Of a stretch of DNA of 64,000 nucleotides, positions 24,107 through 40,016 are shown piece by piece. Numbering within the stretch: the stretch's first letter is position 1; each line of letters starts with the position of its first letter. A model generated the notes under the pieces. That model had not been told where the DNA came from. It ran no database searches and saw only the letters and a program-made list of their open reading frames with translations. This DNA comes from Balanoglossus misakiensis (Eukaryota; Animalia; Hemichordata): NCBI GenBank assembly GCA_040954595.2, contig CM082591.2:11797309-11861308 (forward strand). The letters are read 5' to 3'. Position numbers and translations under genes: made by a program.

Positions 24107-24654
24107 GTGACAATGTGTAATTAAAGAGAAATATACAGTCAGTGGAGTAAAGGGTATAACACAATCATACTGATGGAATTCTCACTACCTGAAATAGGTT
24201 TTTGATACCTAGGTGAGTGATGAATAAAGGTCTAATGTCCTCTCTGATATAACATACTAGTGTATGGTAAATGTCTTTCAGAGATCTACACATTAAAGGG
24301 ACAAACTCTCTACAGTTAATTCATTTTGGGGAGATTTTTACTCTCATATCCTACAAACGGGATGGAAGTTGTGTGTGGTCGAACATTGATTCACTATATA
24401 TCCACATGTAGAATAACATAAATGGTGTCTTGTATCAAACATAATGTATGGAAAAAGGGCAGCGAGAGAGAGACTTTGTCCCTTTAAATATCATAGCTGG
24501 CATACAGTTATAAATATGCATTTTTTGATTTATGTCTTGCAAGTACAAAACTGTTCTTTATTAAAAAGAAATACAGACAAGGTGATCCCAGGAACATAAA
24601 ACCCAAAACTCAAAGCTACCAGACAGATGAGTCTTGAGATAAACTTGGACTTAC

Positions 24655-27600
24655 TTGTCAATCAATCTGGACTGCTCTTGTAACAACAACTCACTCAATG
24701 CTTCACTGGTGCTGGATGATTTTGTTGGCACTTGCATAGCAACAGATAAGGCTTTATTCAGAAACTCTTCTAGTTGGCTGGAATTGGCGCCTGTCAGCTG
24801 GTGATACACTGCATATGGTGCAAAGTCAAACAAAATTCACCCAATCATAAAATGTATCATTAACAGTTATTGGGAAGTCAACGCGCCCTGCGCCATAGTC
24901 GCATTGAACTGAAAAGTGACGCATTGAAATTTGTTACTTTGCGCCCGAAGTGCGCATTGAAATTTGAGTCCGAAATACTTAGGAAAAAAATTTTTGTTTA
25001 GCATCCTCGCCTATGAGGCCATCAAGGCGTCCTATAAATAGCCTCATTTTATGGTGCCCATAGTAACACGTACAAATTGCAACAAGTAACGCAGCTCAGC
25101 ATACCGATCGCAACAAGTTATCTAAACTTGACGAAAGATGTAGCAACTTTTGTTGGAGGTCATGCCATGCGTTCGAAGGCGTCTGCAAAATACTTGTACA
25201 CAGGATAGCAGACAGCAGACACCCGTGATGTCGATTTTGAGAGGCCGTAGTGATGTCAAAAAGAAGCATAAAAGGAAGGCATCTCTTTTCAGCAGCAAGA
25301 CTGTCGTTTCCATCATCAATTTGTGGATTTTATCAAGCATAAAATCTTCGCTTTTGCTCACTTTTGCTCGTCATGTTAAAGTTGTATGTCGCATACATAG
25401 TCAAAGCATGCCTTGCATGCTATTGTGTTATCCAATCAAGTGAGAAAAATAGCAAACATTGTTTTCAAACTTGTTCCTGTACAGTCATTCTTCAATTAAT
25501 GAGTATGGTTTTAGTATAACCCAGGCAAAATCTCCATTTTCTTGAAGCTAGACTACCTAAATCATTCATAATCCCTCATTATGTAAACAAGACGTCAATT
25601 TTTAAATTTTCCTAGGAAGCTAAACAAAACTTTTTTTTTGCTTAAATAGTACATAATAGTGACAAAGCTGAGAAACAGCTTGCGAGACTCCTGCTGATTC
25701 GACTTGAAGGAAAAACATTTCACACCAATACCTTTGGAGACATTTGCATGGAAAGAAGAGACTGATAAACACATGTTATATAGACATGTAAATGACAATA
25801 TAAACAATTTTGAACTGATGATATTTTGCATCTAAATTTCATTCGATTTTTTGTCGATACTGTAGGGCTCATTACAAATTTTGAATGTCCCATTGAAGTT
25901 CAAAATGGCCCATTCATTTTGGCTGGGATGGGGCCATTGGCACATTGGTGTTTTCAGACTTCCCAATCACTGCATTAACATGATCATACCATAAAAAATG
26001 TGAATGAATTACAATTATAGCGTGCGCATATTGAATCATACGAAATCACACCAAATAACGCGAGACTTAGAAATAACATTACATGTGTATGGTGCCACTT
26101 AAACGACACCATTTATTCTTTTTGAGCCTAAATCATGTTTAACCACAACTAGACAACCACAATGACCTTGTGAGAATGAAACCCACCAATAAATACATGT
26201 AGATAATCTGAAGCTATCACAGAAACAGAATGTCTTTGACAAAGTATTGCAAAGCCTTCAGTTGACCGCGAAAAAGTTGACGAAGCATGCATGTGGAAAG
26301 TGGAGTGTTGACAACAATGTGAATATATGCACGATAGCTTGCTGCGCTCGCACTCAGGTCAAACCTGTTACATATTACCAAAAATGTGGATCTATATAAT
26401 TAACATTGGGTCCGTTCCTTCTTATCCCACTCGTGTTTCTGTTTGTTTGGTGAGAATATCTAATAGGTTAGCCCCTTTCACTCCCAGTTCCTTCTTTAGA
26501 GTTCCAACCTTACCATAGAAAACGATGGGTTTGGACTGGAACATGGCGGTGAAAGGGTTCAGGTGCTTGAGGGAGTGTTAAAAATGTAGACTTTACCTTT
26601 CTATAACATGTCTCTATCTACAGCCATCCGTCCCTCAGTGACGGCTTCAATGATTTCACTCACTTCATCCAAGTTGCCACCACTGGCTTTGATGGGACTT
26701 TTCTCAATGCTCAGGGATTTCGCTGGAAGGAAGGACGTAAGACTGGAATTAAGGCATACGTCCCTACATAAAGGGAGGACATTTGGACATGATACCACAA
26801 ATGGTTAATGGAGTTTCTGGGAAGGTTTTCAAATTCCAGGAATTTCCAGGAGTGTACGAATCCAGTTAAGAATTCTTTATGTCATGTGATCTGGCCATGT
26901 GACCTGCAGCATTGTCATTTCCAGGTGACGGCAAACAACATAGTGGCATCCAGTAAAAGTTTTCCACGTATGTAAGTACTTAAGAACCGCCAGACATGTA
27001 ACATGTATCAGGTATAGTACCTCATCAGCCTCATGGCATTTTGTCTGCACAGTCTTTGTCTGCACCACGTTGCTGAAGTTGCCTGTCATCTGGAAAATTG
27101 AATGCCAACGTATTTGCGCTTGAGCGCGTCTGGCGTCTTTTGATATCAAAGAATAAATGCATTGTACAAACTTGAAAGTATGTAGAATTTTTCTATTTAT
27201 CCTGTGTGATATAGTGAAAACGCTCAAGTTACAGTTTGTGTATGGTTTTGAGAATTATTTCACTGCTTGAGGTAAGTGAAATAAACAGCTCACCTTGTTG
27301 TCTGTTGACTTTTTCATACTGGTTGAGAAGTTTTGTAAACACACTGTTTTCAGACTTTGATGAACTCAAAATTGCAGACACTAGCTGGACAAATCTCATC
27401 ATATCTTCCTTCTTTTCAAGATGTTTCTAAATGATATAAAGGAGTGAGAATTGTGCATGATTATGTCAGTTTTGAACTTTCATGTCTGTTTTGGACTGAG
27501 AGCTGTTGAATGAGAGAGAGAGAGGGAGAGAGAGATCGCGCTCGAACAATCAGGGGGTCACGCAGACGTAATCTTTTCATTGGCGTGATACTGATATCAC

Positions 27601-30600
27601 CACGTAACTTGCAATTCCCAAGAGTGCGACTGTACGTACGTAAACTGTATCAAATTCAACTCATTCACGTCATATGAGAGGAGGTATACCGTGCGAATGC
27701 GAGCGCTGGGGGAACCGGGTACCGCCTACTTGAAATGGACCTCTTCCCTTAGTGAAGTCAAATAATCATAATTATCTATCATGTAAGAAGTCAAAAATGT
27801 AAGAGAATGTTTTAATAAATATGTCAACTTATTATTTATATTCCCCTGTACATATTCCCCTGTAAATGTCTCATAATTTGAGGAATAATATTTTGGAAGC
27901 TGAACGGAAGTTGCAACTCAAATCAAATTTCAACTTCTCCAATATATGGAATAACACTATAAGCCTACTGACTTGAGAAACTCAAATTGAATTTCAAATT
28001 CTCGAACAAACGAAAATATGTTTGAATGTAAGTAATCTTACTATAAAATTGACATGAAATTACCTGTCGTTGGTGAAGCAAACTGAACAATGGACATGAC
28101 AAATGATGTTTTCTGTGTAGATTATAAATAAACTGACTCTCATCACTTGATGTTAGGATTTCTTGCATTGCCAGAATGATGTGATCACCAGAATTCTCTG
28201 ATGAATCAAACAATTTCAGCCTGGAGATTTCCCTGGACAGTGTCTGTGTGAGAAATGATGGCAAAATATTAATATCATTTATTAGGAAACCTGGCCAGTC
28301 ACTGAGAAATCTGTCGGCCTTTACAAAGTATAGTTCATAATCTTCTCATAAAATGATAAAGTTGCCGCAAAGGTATACAGTCACCTATAATTTACATACG
28401 CCCATATATGGCTGAAATGGCGTATTTGAGCGTTCTAAAGGACATATGGCGGCGCTCTTTTTTCGCGTGTGCCACCCACTGAAAATCTGTGATTGGCTAG
28501 ATCTCAAGTTTACCATGGTAACTGTAGTTAAATTACCATAGGTGACAATATACCTTAACATATCATATTTCTTCTGGGAAGTGTAATTGTTTTAAGATCA
28601 AATATTACATGTACATACCAATTGTATGCCTCTCAGATATTGTCTTTCCGTTGATGCACTCACTTTGTGCTCACCAATACTGAATAGCTGTAAATATAAT
28701 CAAAGGAGAAGAAATCACTCACTCATTAGCAATGATACTGCAAAAGTGGAAGTGACTGATTTTGAGTCTGAAGTTGGAAAAGAGTCCCAGTACAGTGTAG
28801 AGAGGTTTCCAGATTAGGTAGATTTTGCTGTCCAACCATTTTCACACAACGGCCATAAAACTTAAAGAAGAACTATTAAATTACCCAGCCTGATAAGTTT
28901 TGTGGTGTTTGGAAAGTCGTCCATGTCTGATGACACAAGATCAGCTTTTGATTGTAACATGAGACATGATCAGTTGTGTTTTGGTTCAAAAGAACATGAC
29001 CTGGTTTAAGAAGCCTTGCAACTTCAGGTGACTACAGAAGGAGCTATACTGTGCCCATTGGCCTTGATTTGACTGAGAAACCATGATTTACTGAAAAGCC
29101 ACTTGGAAAAGGGTCCACTTTATTTCTAAACCAAACTTACCTTCAGGAAGATCATCTTGGCTGACTCTTGACTATCTACAGTGACTTTTCTTGCATCCAT
29201 CTTGGCTGCAACATCTTTCTTTTCATCCACCTGCATTGCCTCACTTTTCTCCTCTTTCTTTTCCTCATCTGCAAATAAAAATTGTGTTATGTCCAGGAAA
29301 TATTATTTACTTTATGAGAAGAAACTGGAATATCTAGCTTTGCAAATCAGTTAGTGAAATAAGAGAACGCAAACAATTAATTGTCATGAAATAGTCACCT
29401 CTGTTAATATCGCGAAAAATTTCCCATCACAAAAATTACCAAGATTACAGTAACCTAAAAATATAAAATCCTAATAATGTCCAAAGTTGAAGAATTCTAC
29501 AAGTATGACTTAACTTTTGAGACACTATTTCACAACACAAATACTAGTACCTTTGTTCTCTTTATCCAGGAATGAATTTTTTTCCACCTTCTGCTCCTCT
29601 CATCTGTTGAACTTCCACTAACTGAGCCATGTATCCTTTGTCAACCACAGCCTGTTCCATACTGTACAGATCTTGTCTGCAGGCCATGTCGAGATGCTGC
29701 AGTAGTTTGCTGTGAAAAGAAACAGAAGTGTTACATGTGTATGTGTGTTACAGGGCCAGATCACGGCACATCATGACAAAATCTTTGTGAATATGGTGCT
29801 AGCATCATGTTTATAGCAGATCATGTGTATTCATACTTGTGGGCCAAATGACCTTAATATGTGGTTTGTTGTATGACTTAATTATAACACACACACCCAG
29901 TTTTTTTAATAGTCCTGCTTGAAAGATCACAGAGTGTCTTTGGCTACTGAAAAGCACCACCACAATGAGAGATAACTCACAACACCGAAGAGTAAATCTC
30001 TAAAGTTGTAATTTAAACCAAGTATGGAAATTGGGATGTACGGTAGCTTTGATGAGGAATAATTCTAGAGTTACAACATACCTCATGCTGTTGACTGGTA
30101 TACCAAAGGACTGCACAAACAAGACCAACTGAGCTGGTTCCAAGTCTTCCAGGGCTGAAAAAAATGACAAATTCAGGATGAAAACAACAAAAGTTTGGTG
30201 AGAAAAGATCCCAAGTTGAATTGACACACAGATTGGCAGATATTTCCACGAAATATCACATGTAAATGGTGCAACAACAGATTAACCGATCAGGCCATGA
30301 CAAATACTGCACCTCTTCACAAAAACTGCTGGGTTGCAATTTATAGCATAAAATTACTGTAAAACAGGAAATTTTTGTGATATCACAAGAGAGCTGACTA
30401 TTCCATTGCTCACATTGTTTCTTTGCGACCATTTATTTTCACGTTTTTTGGCTCTCACGAAATTCGCAAAAATTTCCCCTTTTACAATAGTATGGTTGGA
30501 TCTATACAATGTATACATTGAATGGGGATGAACACTGGACAGTGGAGCATTCTATATTAAAATTTGGGAAAACATTGAAGCCATATTAAGGTCATACTTG

Positions 30601-31673
30601 ATTAAGCTGAAAGACGGCACAGAATAAATTTGAAATTCAATTGGCTACAAAAATTGACTTTTCTGCCATTCTGAGATCTCCATGCTGAGCTCAATTATGT
30701 TGCTGCTTCATATAGTGGTCAGCAATAAAAACTTACTACTGTTACAGTGGTTATACATGTAACTCTTATTAAATGTTTTTTTTTCTTGTTTTATCATGAA
30801 ATCTGACAATATCACGAAATCTGACTGTGGGTGGCACGACAGAATAAAACTGGTTTTCGTCTCAACTTTTGTACATGTAGTGACACAATGAAAGAATGAC
30901 AGAGAAACTGCTAACAGACAGATTATTATATATTTTTTTACCTTTTCATGTCACTTTTATAAAACACTGCATGGCAACAAATGTGAACCATGAACAATTT
31001 GCAAGACAATGAACTAGAAGTTGAACGAGATTTGAAGACCTGCTCTGGAAGTAATTGATTGACACTCACCCATGAGTAAGATTCCGCATGGGGCTGTGTG
31101 GCTTTCTTCAAGTAATTGTAGAATATATGTAACATGGATGTCAGTGTACAACGTGTTGGTCTGGTCGGCACTGGTGTCTCTACACAGCATGGAGCTGAGT
31201 ATGGTGGGCCTTTCTACAATCAACTGAGCTAAATCCTAGAATCAGAAAGGCAGCAGTGAAGTAAAATCAAATATGTTTGTCAAAACAACAACAACAATAA
31301 CAACACACATAATCATATTCAAATAAAAATCACTTGGTTCATGCTTAGAACTTTCTATAAACTTACTCTTTTTTTTTTGCACATACTCCAATGAAAATAC
31401 TGTTTGATATATAGATCACAGACTTTTGCATTTTCAACTGTTTTTGTTCTAATACTATTTGTGTGTAGCCCTCACCCAGAACCTGTATGTATGATTCACA
31501 ATCATATGTCTTTATTTGTTTCTACCAGAGGTCTCCACGACTCATACTGGAAATACACAAATCATCATCTTACCAATGCAAGGTCGGCCATTTCATGAAG
31601 CTGATTGGTCGAAGAATATTTGGAGAGGAATGTACGCACTGATGGTGAGTGGCTCTGTTTCCATCTGGCAAGC
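24655..31673 (-). pseudogene. INTS1: INTS1 fragment copy 4 (exon j deleted; 5-bp deletion in exon z)
   Basis: Same exon set; the MQSCPQLQ ORF is absent here; gaggaa|tgtacg at 31630/31631 lacks catga. Confidence 0.88.
24864..25972. mobile_element. Same TIR element, unit 4 (1109 bp)
   Basis: Same TIRs, TSD and position in the unit. Confidence 0.93.
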
Positions 31674-31937
31674 CTTAGGACTAACAGCACATCGCTCACT
31701 GTGTTAAACGGCACAAAAGTTACAATTTCTGTCAAACTCTGCACCTATTCTAGTTTCCCCCCAAAAAATTCACGAAAATGGCAAGCTAGACTTCAGTGTT
31801 ATATCGAAATTCTACATTAAATTAAGCACTAAGCCTCATATATTGGCAACTCATTCTCCACATGAGGCATTTTCAGATCTTTACACGATTTTCTGTGTAC
31901 AAAGATCAACCTGAAGAAGTATGCTACAATTTCTCAC

Positions 31938-34900
31938 CTAGTTGAGTCTGTCCTTGGTTTGAGTAACCAATCGATACATTTATGCAAAGTCTGCCAATTA
32001 CTCTGGTGGCTCAACAGTGCCAGCAAATAAGCACTGCACGAACTTTGAACTTTGCCCTTTGTTCTGGGTTTGTGCGTCTTGACAAAGAGTAACTGGTGTT
32101 GCAGTTGAGGGCAACTTTGCACAATCTCGGGGTCCAGGAGCTCCAGCCAATCAATAAGCAGCCCTGCCGTTGACCAGCCTAATTCGCATCTGTGTGTAAT
32201 TAAAGAGAAATATACAGTCAGTGGAGTAAAGGGTATAACACAATCATACTGATGGAATTCTCACTACCTGAAATAGGTTTTTGCTACCTAGGTGAGTGAT
32301 GAATAAAGGTCTAATGTCCTCTCTGATATAACATACTAGTGTATGGTAAATGTCTTTCAGAGATCTACACATTAAAGGGACAAACTCTCTACAGTTAATT
32401 CATTTTGGGGAGATTTTTACTCTCATATCCTACAAACGGGATGGAAGTTGTGTGTGGTCGAACATTGATTCACTATATATCCACATGTAGAATAACATAA
32501 ATGGTGTCTTGTATCAAACATAATGTATGGAAAAAGGGCAGCGAGAGAGAGACTTTGTCCCTTTAAATATCATAGCTGGCATACAGTTATAAATATGCAT
32601 TTTTTGATTTATGTCTTGCAAGTACAAAACTGTTCTTTATTAAAAAGAAATACAGACAAGGTGATCCCAGGAACATAAAACCCAAAACTCAAAGCTACCA
32701 GACAGATGAGTCTTGAGATAAACTTGGACTTACTTGTCAATCAATCTGGACTGCTCTTGTAACAACAACTCACTCAATGCTTCACTGGTGCTGGATGATT
32801 TTGTTGGCACTTGCATAGCAACAGATAAGGCTTTATTCAGAAACTCTTCTAGTTGGCTGGAATTGGCGCCTGTCAGCTGGTGATACACTGCATATGGTGC
32901 AAAGTCAAACAAAATTCACCCAATCATAAAATGTATCATTAACAGTTATTGGGAAGTCAACGCGCCCTGCGCCATAGTCGCATTGAACTGAAAAGTGACG
33001 CATTGAAATTTGTTACTTTGCGCCCGAAGTGCGCATTGAAATTTGAGTCCGAAATACTTAGGAAAAAAATTTTTGTTTAGCATCCTCGCCTATGAGGCCA
33101 TCAAGGCGTCCTATAAATAGCCTCATTTTATGGTGCCCATAGTAACACGTACAAATTGCAACAAGTAACGCAGCTCAGCATACCGATCGCAACAAGTTAT
33201 CTAAACTTGACGAAAGATGTAGCAACTTTTGTTGGAGGTCATGCCATGCGTTCGAAGGCGTCTGCAAAATACTTGTACACAGGATAGCAGACAGCAGACA
33301 CCCGTGATGTCGATTTTGAGAGGCCGTAGTGATGTCAAAAAGAAGCATAAAAGGAAGGCATCTCTTTTCAGCAGCAAGACTGTCGTTTCCATCATCAATT
33401 TGTGGATTTTATCAAGCATAAAATCTTCGCTTTTGCTCACTTTTGCTCGTCATGTTAAAGTTGTATGTCGCATACATAGTCAAAGCATGCCTTGCATGCT
33501 ATTGTGTTATCCAATCAAGTGAGAAAAATAGCAAACATTGTTTTCAAACTTGTTCCTGTACAGTCATTCTTCAATTAATGAGTATGGTTTTAGTATAACC
33601 CAGGCAAAATCTCCATTTTCTTGAAGCTAGACTACCTAAATCATTCATAATCCCTCATTATGTAAACAAGACGTCAATTTTTAAATTTTCCTAGGAAGCT
33701 AAACAAAACTTTTTTTTTGCTTAAATAGTACATAATAGTGACAAAGCTGAGAAACAGCTTGCGAGACTCCTGCTGATTCGACTTGAAGGAAAAACATTTC
33801 ACACCAATACCTTTGGAGACATTTGCATGGAAAGAAGAGACTGATAAACACATGTTATATAGACATGTAAATGACAATATAAACAATTTTGAACTGATGA
33901 TATTTTGCATCTAAATTTCATTCGATTTTTTGTCGATACTGTAGGGCTCATTACAAATTTTGAATGTCCCATTGAAGTTCAAAATGGCCCATTCATTTTG
34001 GCTGGGATGGGGCCATTGGCACATTGGTGTTTTCAGACTTCCCAATCACTGCATTAACATGATCATACCATAAAAAATGTGAATGAATTACAATTATAGC
34101 GTGCGCATATTGAATCATACGAAATCACACCAAATAACGCGAGACTTAGAAATAACATTACATGTGTATGGTGCCACTTAAACGACACCATTTATTCTTT
34201 TTGAGCCTAAATCATGTTTAACCACAACTAGACAACCACAATGACCTTGTGAGAATGAAACCCACCAATAAATACATGTAGATAATCTGAAGCTATCACA
34301 GAAACAGAATGTCTTTGACAAAGTATTGCAAAGCCTTCAGTTGACCGCGAAAAAGTTGACGAAGCATGCATGTGGAAAGTGGAGTGTTGACAACAATGTG
34401 AATATATGCACGATAGCTTGCTGCGCTCGCACTCAGGTCAAACCTGTTACATATTACCAAAAATGTGGATCTATATAATTAACATTGGGTCCGTTCCTTC
34501 TTATCCCACTCGTGTTTCTGTTTGTTTGGTGAGAATATCTAATAGGTTAGCCCCTTTCACTCCCAGTTCCTTCTTTAGAGGTCCAACCTTACCATAGAAA
34601 ACGATGGGTTTGGACTGGAACATGGCGGTGAAAGGGTTCAGGTGCTTGAGGGAGTGTTAAAAATGTAGACTTTACCTTTCTATAACATGTCTCTATCTAC
34701 AGCCATCCGTCCCTCAGTGACGGCTTCAATGATTTCACTCACTTCATCCAAGTTGCCACCACTGGCTTTGATGGGACTTTTCTCAATGCTCAGGGATTTC
34801 GCTGGAAGGAAGGACGTAAGACTGGAATTAAGGCATACGTCCCTACATAAAGGGAGGACATTTGGACATGATACCACAAATGGTTAATGGAGTTTCTGGG

Positions 34901-37900
34901 AAGGTTTTCAAATTCCAGGAATTTCCAGGAGTGTACGAATCCAGTTAAGAATTCTTTATGTCATGTGATCTGGCCATGTGACCTGCAGCATTGTCATTTC
35001 CAGGTGACGGCAAACAACATAGTGGCATCCAGTAAAAGTTTTCCACGTATGTAAGTACTTAAGAACCGCCAGACATGTAACATGTATCAGGTATAGTACC
35101 TCATCAGCCTCATGGCATTTTGTCTGCACAGTCTTTGTCTGCACCACGTTGCTGAAGTTGCCTGTCATCTGGAAAATTGAATGCCAACGTATTTGCGCTT
35201 GAGCGCGTCTGGCGTCTTTTGATATCAAAGAATAAATGCATTGTACAAACTTGAAAGTATGTAGAATTTTTCTATTTATCCTGTGTGATATAGTGAAAAC
35301 GCTCAAGTTACAGTTTGTGTATGGTTTTGAGAATTATTTCACTGCTTGAGGTAAGTGAAATAAACAGCTCACCTTGTTGTCTGTTGACTTTTTCATACTG
35401 GTTGAGAAGTTTTGTAAACACACTGTTTTCAGACTTTGATGAACTCAAAATTGCAGACACTAGCTGGACAAATCTCATCATATCTTCCTTCTTTTCAAGA
35501 TGTTTCTAAATGATATAAAGGAGTGAGAATTGTGCATGATTATGTCAGTTTTGAACTTTCATGTCTGTTTTGGACTGAGAGCTGTTGAATGAGAGAGAGA
35601 GAGGGAGAGAGAGATCGCGCTCGAACAATCAGGGGGTCACGCAGACGTAATCTTTTCATTGGCGTGATACTGATATCACCACGTAACTTGCAATTCCCAA
35701 GAGTGCGACTGTACGTACGTAAACTGTATCAAATTCAACTCATTCACGTCATATGAGAGGAGGTATACCGTGCGAATGCGAGCGCTGGGGGAACCGGGTA
35801 CCGCCTACTTGAAATGGACCTCTTCCCTTAGTGAAGTCAAATAATCATAATTATCTATCATGTAAGAAGTCAAAAATGTAAGAGAATGTTTTAATAAATA
35901 TGTCAACTTATTATTTATATTCCCCTGTACATATTCCCCTGTAAATGTCTCATAATTTGAGGAATAATATTTTGGAAGCTGAACGGAAGTTGCAACTCAA
36001 ATCAAATTTCAACTTCTCCAATATATGGAATAACACTATAAGCCTACTGACTTGAGAAACTCAAATTGAATTTCAAATTCTCGAACAAACGAAAATATGT
36101 TTGAATGTAAGTAATCTTACTATAAAATTGACATGCAATTACCTGTCGTTGGTGAAGCAAACTGAACAATGGACATGACAAATGATGTTTTCTGTGTAGA
36201 TTATAAATAAACTGACTCTCATCACTTGATGTTAGGATTTCTTGCATTGCCAGAATGATGTGATCACCAGAATTCTCTGATGAATCAAACAATTTCAGCC
36301 TGGAGATTTCCCTGGACAGTGTCTGTGTGAGAAATGATGGCAAAATATTAATATCATTTATTAGGAAACCTGGCCAGTCACTGAGAAATCTGTCGGCCTT
36401 TACAAAGTATAGTTCATAATCTTCTCATAAAATGATAAAGTTGCCGCAAAGGTATACAGTCACCTATAATTTACATACGCCCATATATGGCTGAAATGGC
36501 GTATTTGAGCGTTCTAAAGGACATATGGCGGCGCTCTTTTTTCGCGTGTGCCACCCACTGAAAATCTGTGATTGGCTAGATCTCAAGTTTACCATGGTAA
36601 CTGTAGTTAAATTACCATAGGTGACAATATACCTTAACATATCATATTTCTTCTGGGAAGTGTAATTGTTTTAAGATCAAATATTACATGTACATACCAA
36701 TTGTATGCCTCTCAGATATTGTCTTTCCGTTGATGCACTCACTTTGTGCTCACCAATACTGAATAGCTGTAAATATAATCAAAGGAGAAGAAATCACTCA
36801 CTCATTAGCAATGATACTGCAAAAGTGGAAGTGACTGATTTTGAGTCTGAAGTTGGAAAAGAGTCCCAGTACAGTGTAGAGAGGTTTCCAGATTAGGTAG
36901 ATTTTGCTGTCCAACCATTTTCACACAACGGCCATAAAACTTAAAGAAGAACTATTAAATTACCCAGCCTGATAAGTTTTGTGGTGTTTGGAAAGTCGTC
37001 CATGTCTGATGACACAAGATCAGCTTTTGATTGTAACATGAGACATGATCAGTTGTGTTTTGGTTCAAAAGAACATGACCTGGTTTAAGAAGCCTTGCAA
37101 CTTCAGGTGACTACAGAAGGAGCTATACTGTGCCCATTGGCCTTGATTTGACTGAGAAACCATGATTTACTGAAAAGCCACTTGGAAAAGGGTCCACTTT
37201 ATTTCTAAACCAAACTTACCTTCAGGAAGATCATCTTGGCTGACTCTTGACTATCTACAGTGACTTTTCTTGCATCCATCTTGGCTGCAACATCTTTCTT
37301 TTCATCCACCTGCATTGCCTCACTTTTCTCCTCTTTCTTTTCCTCATCTGCAAATAAAAATTGTGTTATGTCCAGGAAATATTATTTACTTTATGAGAAG
37401 AAACTGGAATATCTAGCTTTGCAAATCAGTTAGTGAAATAAGAGAACGCAAACAATTAATTGTCATGAAATAGTCACCTCTGTTAATATCGCGAAAAATT
37501 TCCCATCACAAAAATTACCAAGATTACAGTAACCTAAAAATATAAAATCCTAATAATGTCCAAAGTTGAAGAATTCTATATGTATGACTTAACTTTTGAG
37601 ACACTATTTCACAACACAAATACTAGTACCTTTGTTCTCTTTATCCAGGAATGAATTTTTTTCCACCTTCTGCTCCTCTCATCTGTTGAACTTCCACTAA
37701 CTGAGCCATGTATCCTTTGTCAACCACAGCCTGTTCCATACTGTACAGATCTTGTCTGCAGGCCATGTCGAGATGCTGCAGTAGTTTGCTGTGAAAAGAA
37801 ACAGAAGTGTTACATGTGTATGTGTGTTACAGGGCCAGATCACGGCACATCATGACAAAATCTTTGTGAATATGGTGCTAGCATCATGTTTATAGCAGAT

Positions 37901-39752
37901 CATGTGTATTCATACTTGTGGGCCAAATGACCTTAATATGTGGTTTGTTGTATGACTTAATTATAACACACACACCCAGTTTTTTTAATAGTCCTGCTTG
38001 AAAGATCACAGAGTGTCTTTGGCTACTGAAAAGCACCACCACAATGAGAGATAACTCACAACACCGAAGAGTAAATCTCTAAAGTTGTAATTTAAACCAA
38101 GTATGGAAATTGGGATGTACGGTAGCTTTGATGAGGAATAATTCTAGAGTTACAACATACCTCATGCTGTTGACTGGTATACCAAAGGACTGCACAAACA
38201 AGACCAACTGAGCTGGTTCCAAGTCTTCCAGGGCTGAAAAAAATGACAAATTCAGGATGAAAACAACAAAAGTTTGGTGAGAAAAGATCCCAAGTTGAAT
38301 TGACACACAGATTGGCAGATATTTCCACGAAATATCACATGTAAATGGTGCAACAACAGATTAACCGATCAGGCCATGACAAATACTGCACCTCTTCACA
38401 AAAACTGCTGGGTTGCAATTTATAGCATAAAATTACTGTAAAACAGGAAATTTTTGTGATATCACAAGAGAGCTGACTATTCCATTGCTCACATTGTTTC
38501 TTTGCGACCATTTATTTTCACGTTTTTTGGCTCTCACGAAATTCGCAAAAATTTCCCCTTTTACAATAGTATGGTTGGATCTATACAATGTATACATTGA
38601 ATGGGGATGAACACTGGACAGTGGAGCATTCTATATTAAAATTTGGGAAAACATTGAAGCCATATTAAGGTCATACTTGATTAAGCTGAAAGACGGCACA
38701 GAATAAATTTGAAATTCAATTGGCTACAAAAATTGACTTTTCTGCCATTCTGAGATCTCCATGCTGAGCTCAATTATGTTGCTGCTTCATATAGTGGTCA
38801 GCAATAAAAACTTACTACTGTTACAGTGGTTATACATGTAACTCTTATTAAATGTTTTTTTTTCTTGTTTTATCATGAAATCTGACAATATCACGAAATC
38901 TGACTGTGGGTGGCACGACAGAATAAAACTGGTTTTCGTCTCAACTTTTGTACATGTAGTGACACAATGAAAGAATGACAGAGAAACTGCTAACAGACAG
39001 ATTATTATATATTTTTTTACCTTTTCATGTCACTTTTATAAAACACTGCATGGCAACAAATGTGAACCATGAACAATTTGCAAGACAATGAACTAGAAGT
39101 TGAACGAGATTTGAAGACCTGCTCTGGAAGTAATTGATTGACACTCACCCATGAGTAAGATTCCGCATGGGGCTGTGTGGCTTTCTTCAAGTAATTGTAG
39201 AATATATGTAACATGGATGTCAGTGTACAACGTGTTGGTCTGGTCGGCACTGGTGTCTCTACACAGCATGGAGCTGAGTATGGTGGGCCTTTCTACAATC
39301 AACTGAGCTAAATCCTAGAATCAGAAAGGCAGCAGTGAAGTAAAATCAAATATGTTTGTCAAAACAACAACAACAATAACAACACACATAATCATATTCA
39401 AATAAAAATCACTTGGTTCATGCTTAGAACTTTCTATAAACTTACTCTTTTTTTTTTGCACATACTCCAATGAAAATACTGTTTGATATATAGATCACAG
39501 ACTTTTGCATTTTCAACTGTTTTTGTTCTAATACTATTTGTGTGTAGCCCTCACCCAGAACCTGTATGTATGATTCACAATCATATGTCTTTATTTGTTT
39601 CTACCAGAGGTCTCCACGACTCATACTGGAAATACACAAATCATCATCTTACCAATGCAAGGTCGGCCATTTCATGAAGCTGATTGGTCGAAGAATATTT
39701 GGAGAGGAATGTACGCACTGATGGTGAGTGGCTCTGTTTCCATCTGGCAAGC
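31938..39752 (-). pseudogene. INTS1: INTS1 fragment copy 5
   Basis: Same exon set; 5-bp deletion in exon z. Confidence 0.9.
32943..34051. mobile_element. Same TIR element, unit 5 (1109 bp)
   Basis: Same TIRs, TSD and position in the unit. Confidence 0.93.
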
Positions 39753-40016
39753 CTTAGGACTAACAGCACATCGCTCACTGTGTTAAACGGCACAAAAGTT
39801 ACAATTTCTGTCAAACTCTGCACCTATTCTAGTTTCCCCCCAAAAAATTCACGAAAATGGCAAGCTAGACTTCAGTGTTATATCGAAATTCTACATTAAA
39901 TTAAGCACTAAGCCTCATATATTGGCAACTCATTCTCCACATGAGGCATTTTCAGATCTTTACACGATTTTCTGTGTACAAAGATCAACCTGAAGAAGTA
40001 TGCTACAATTTCTCAC

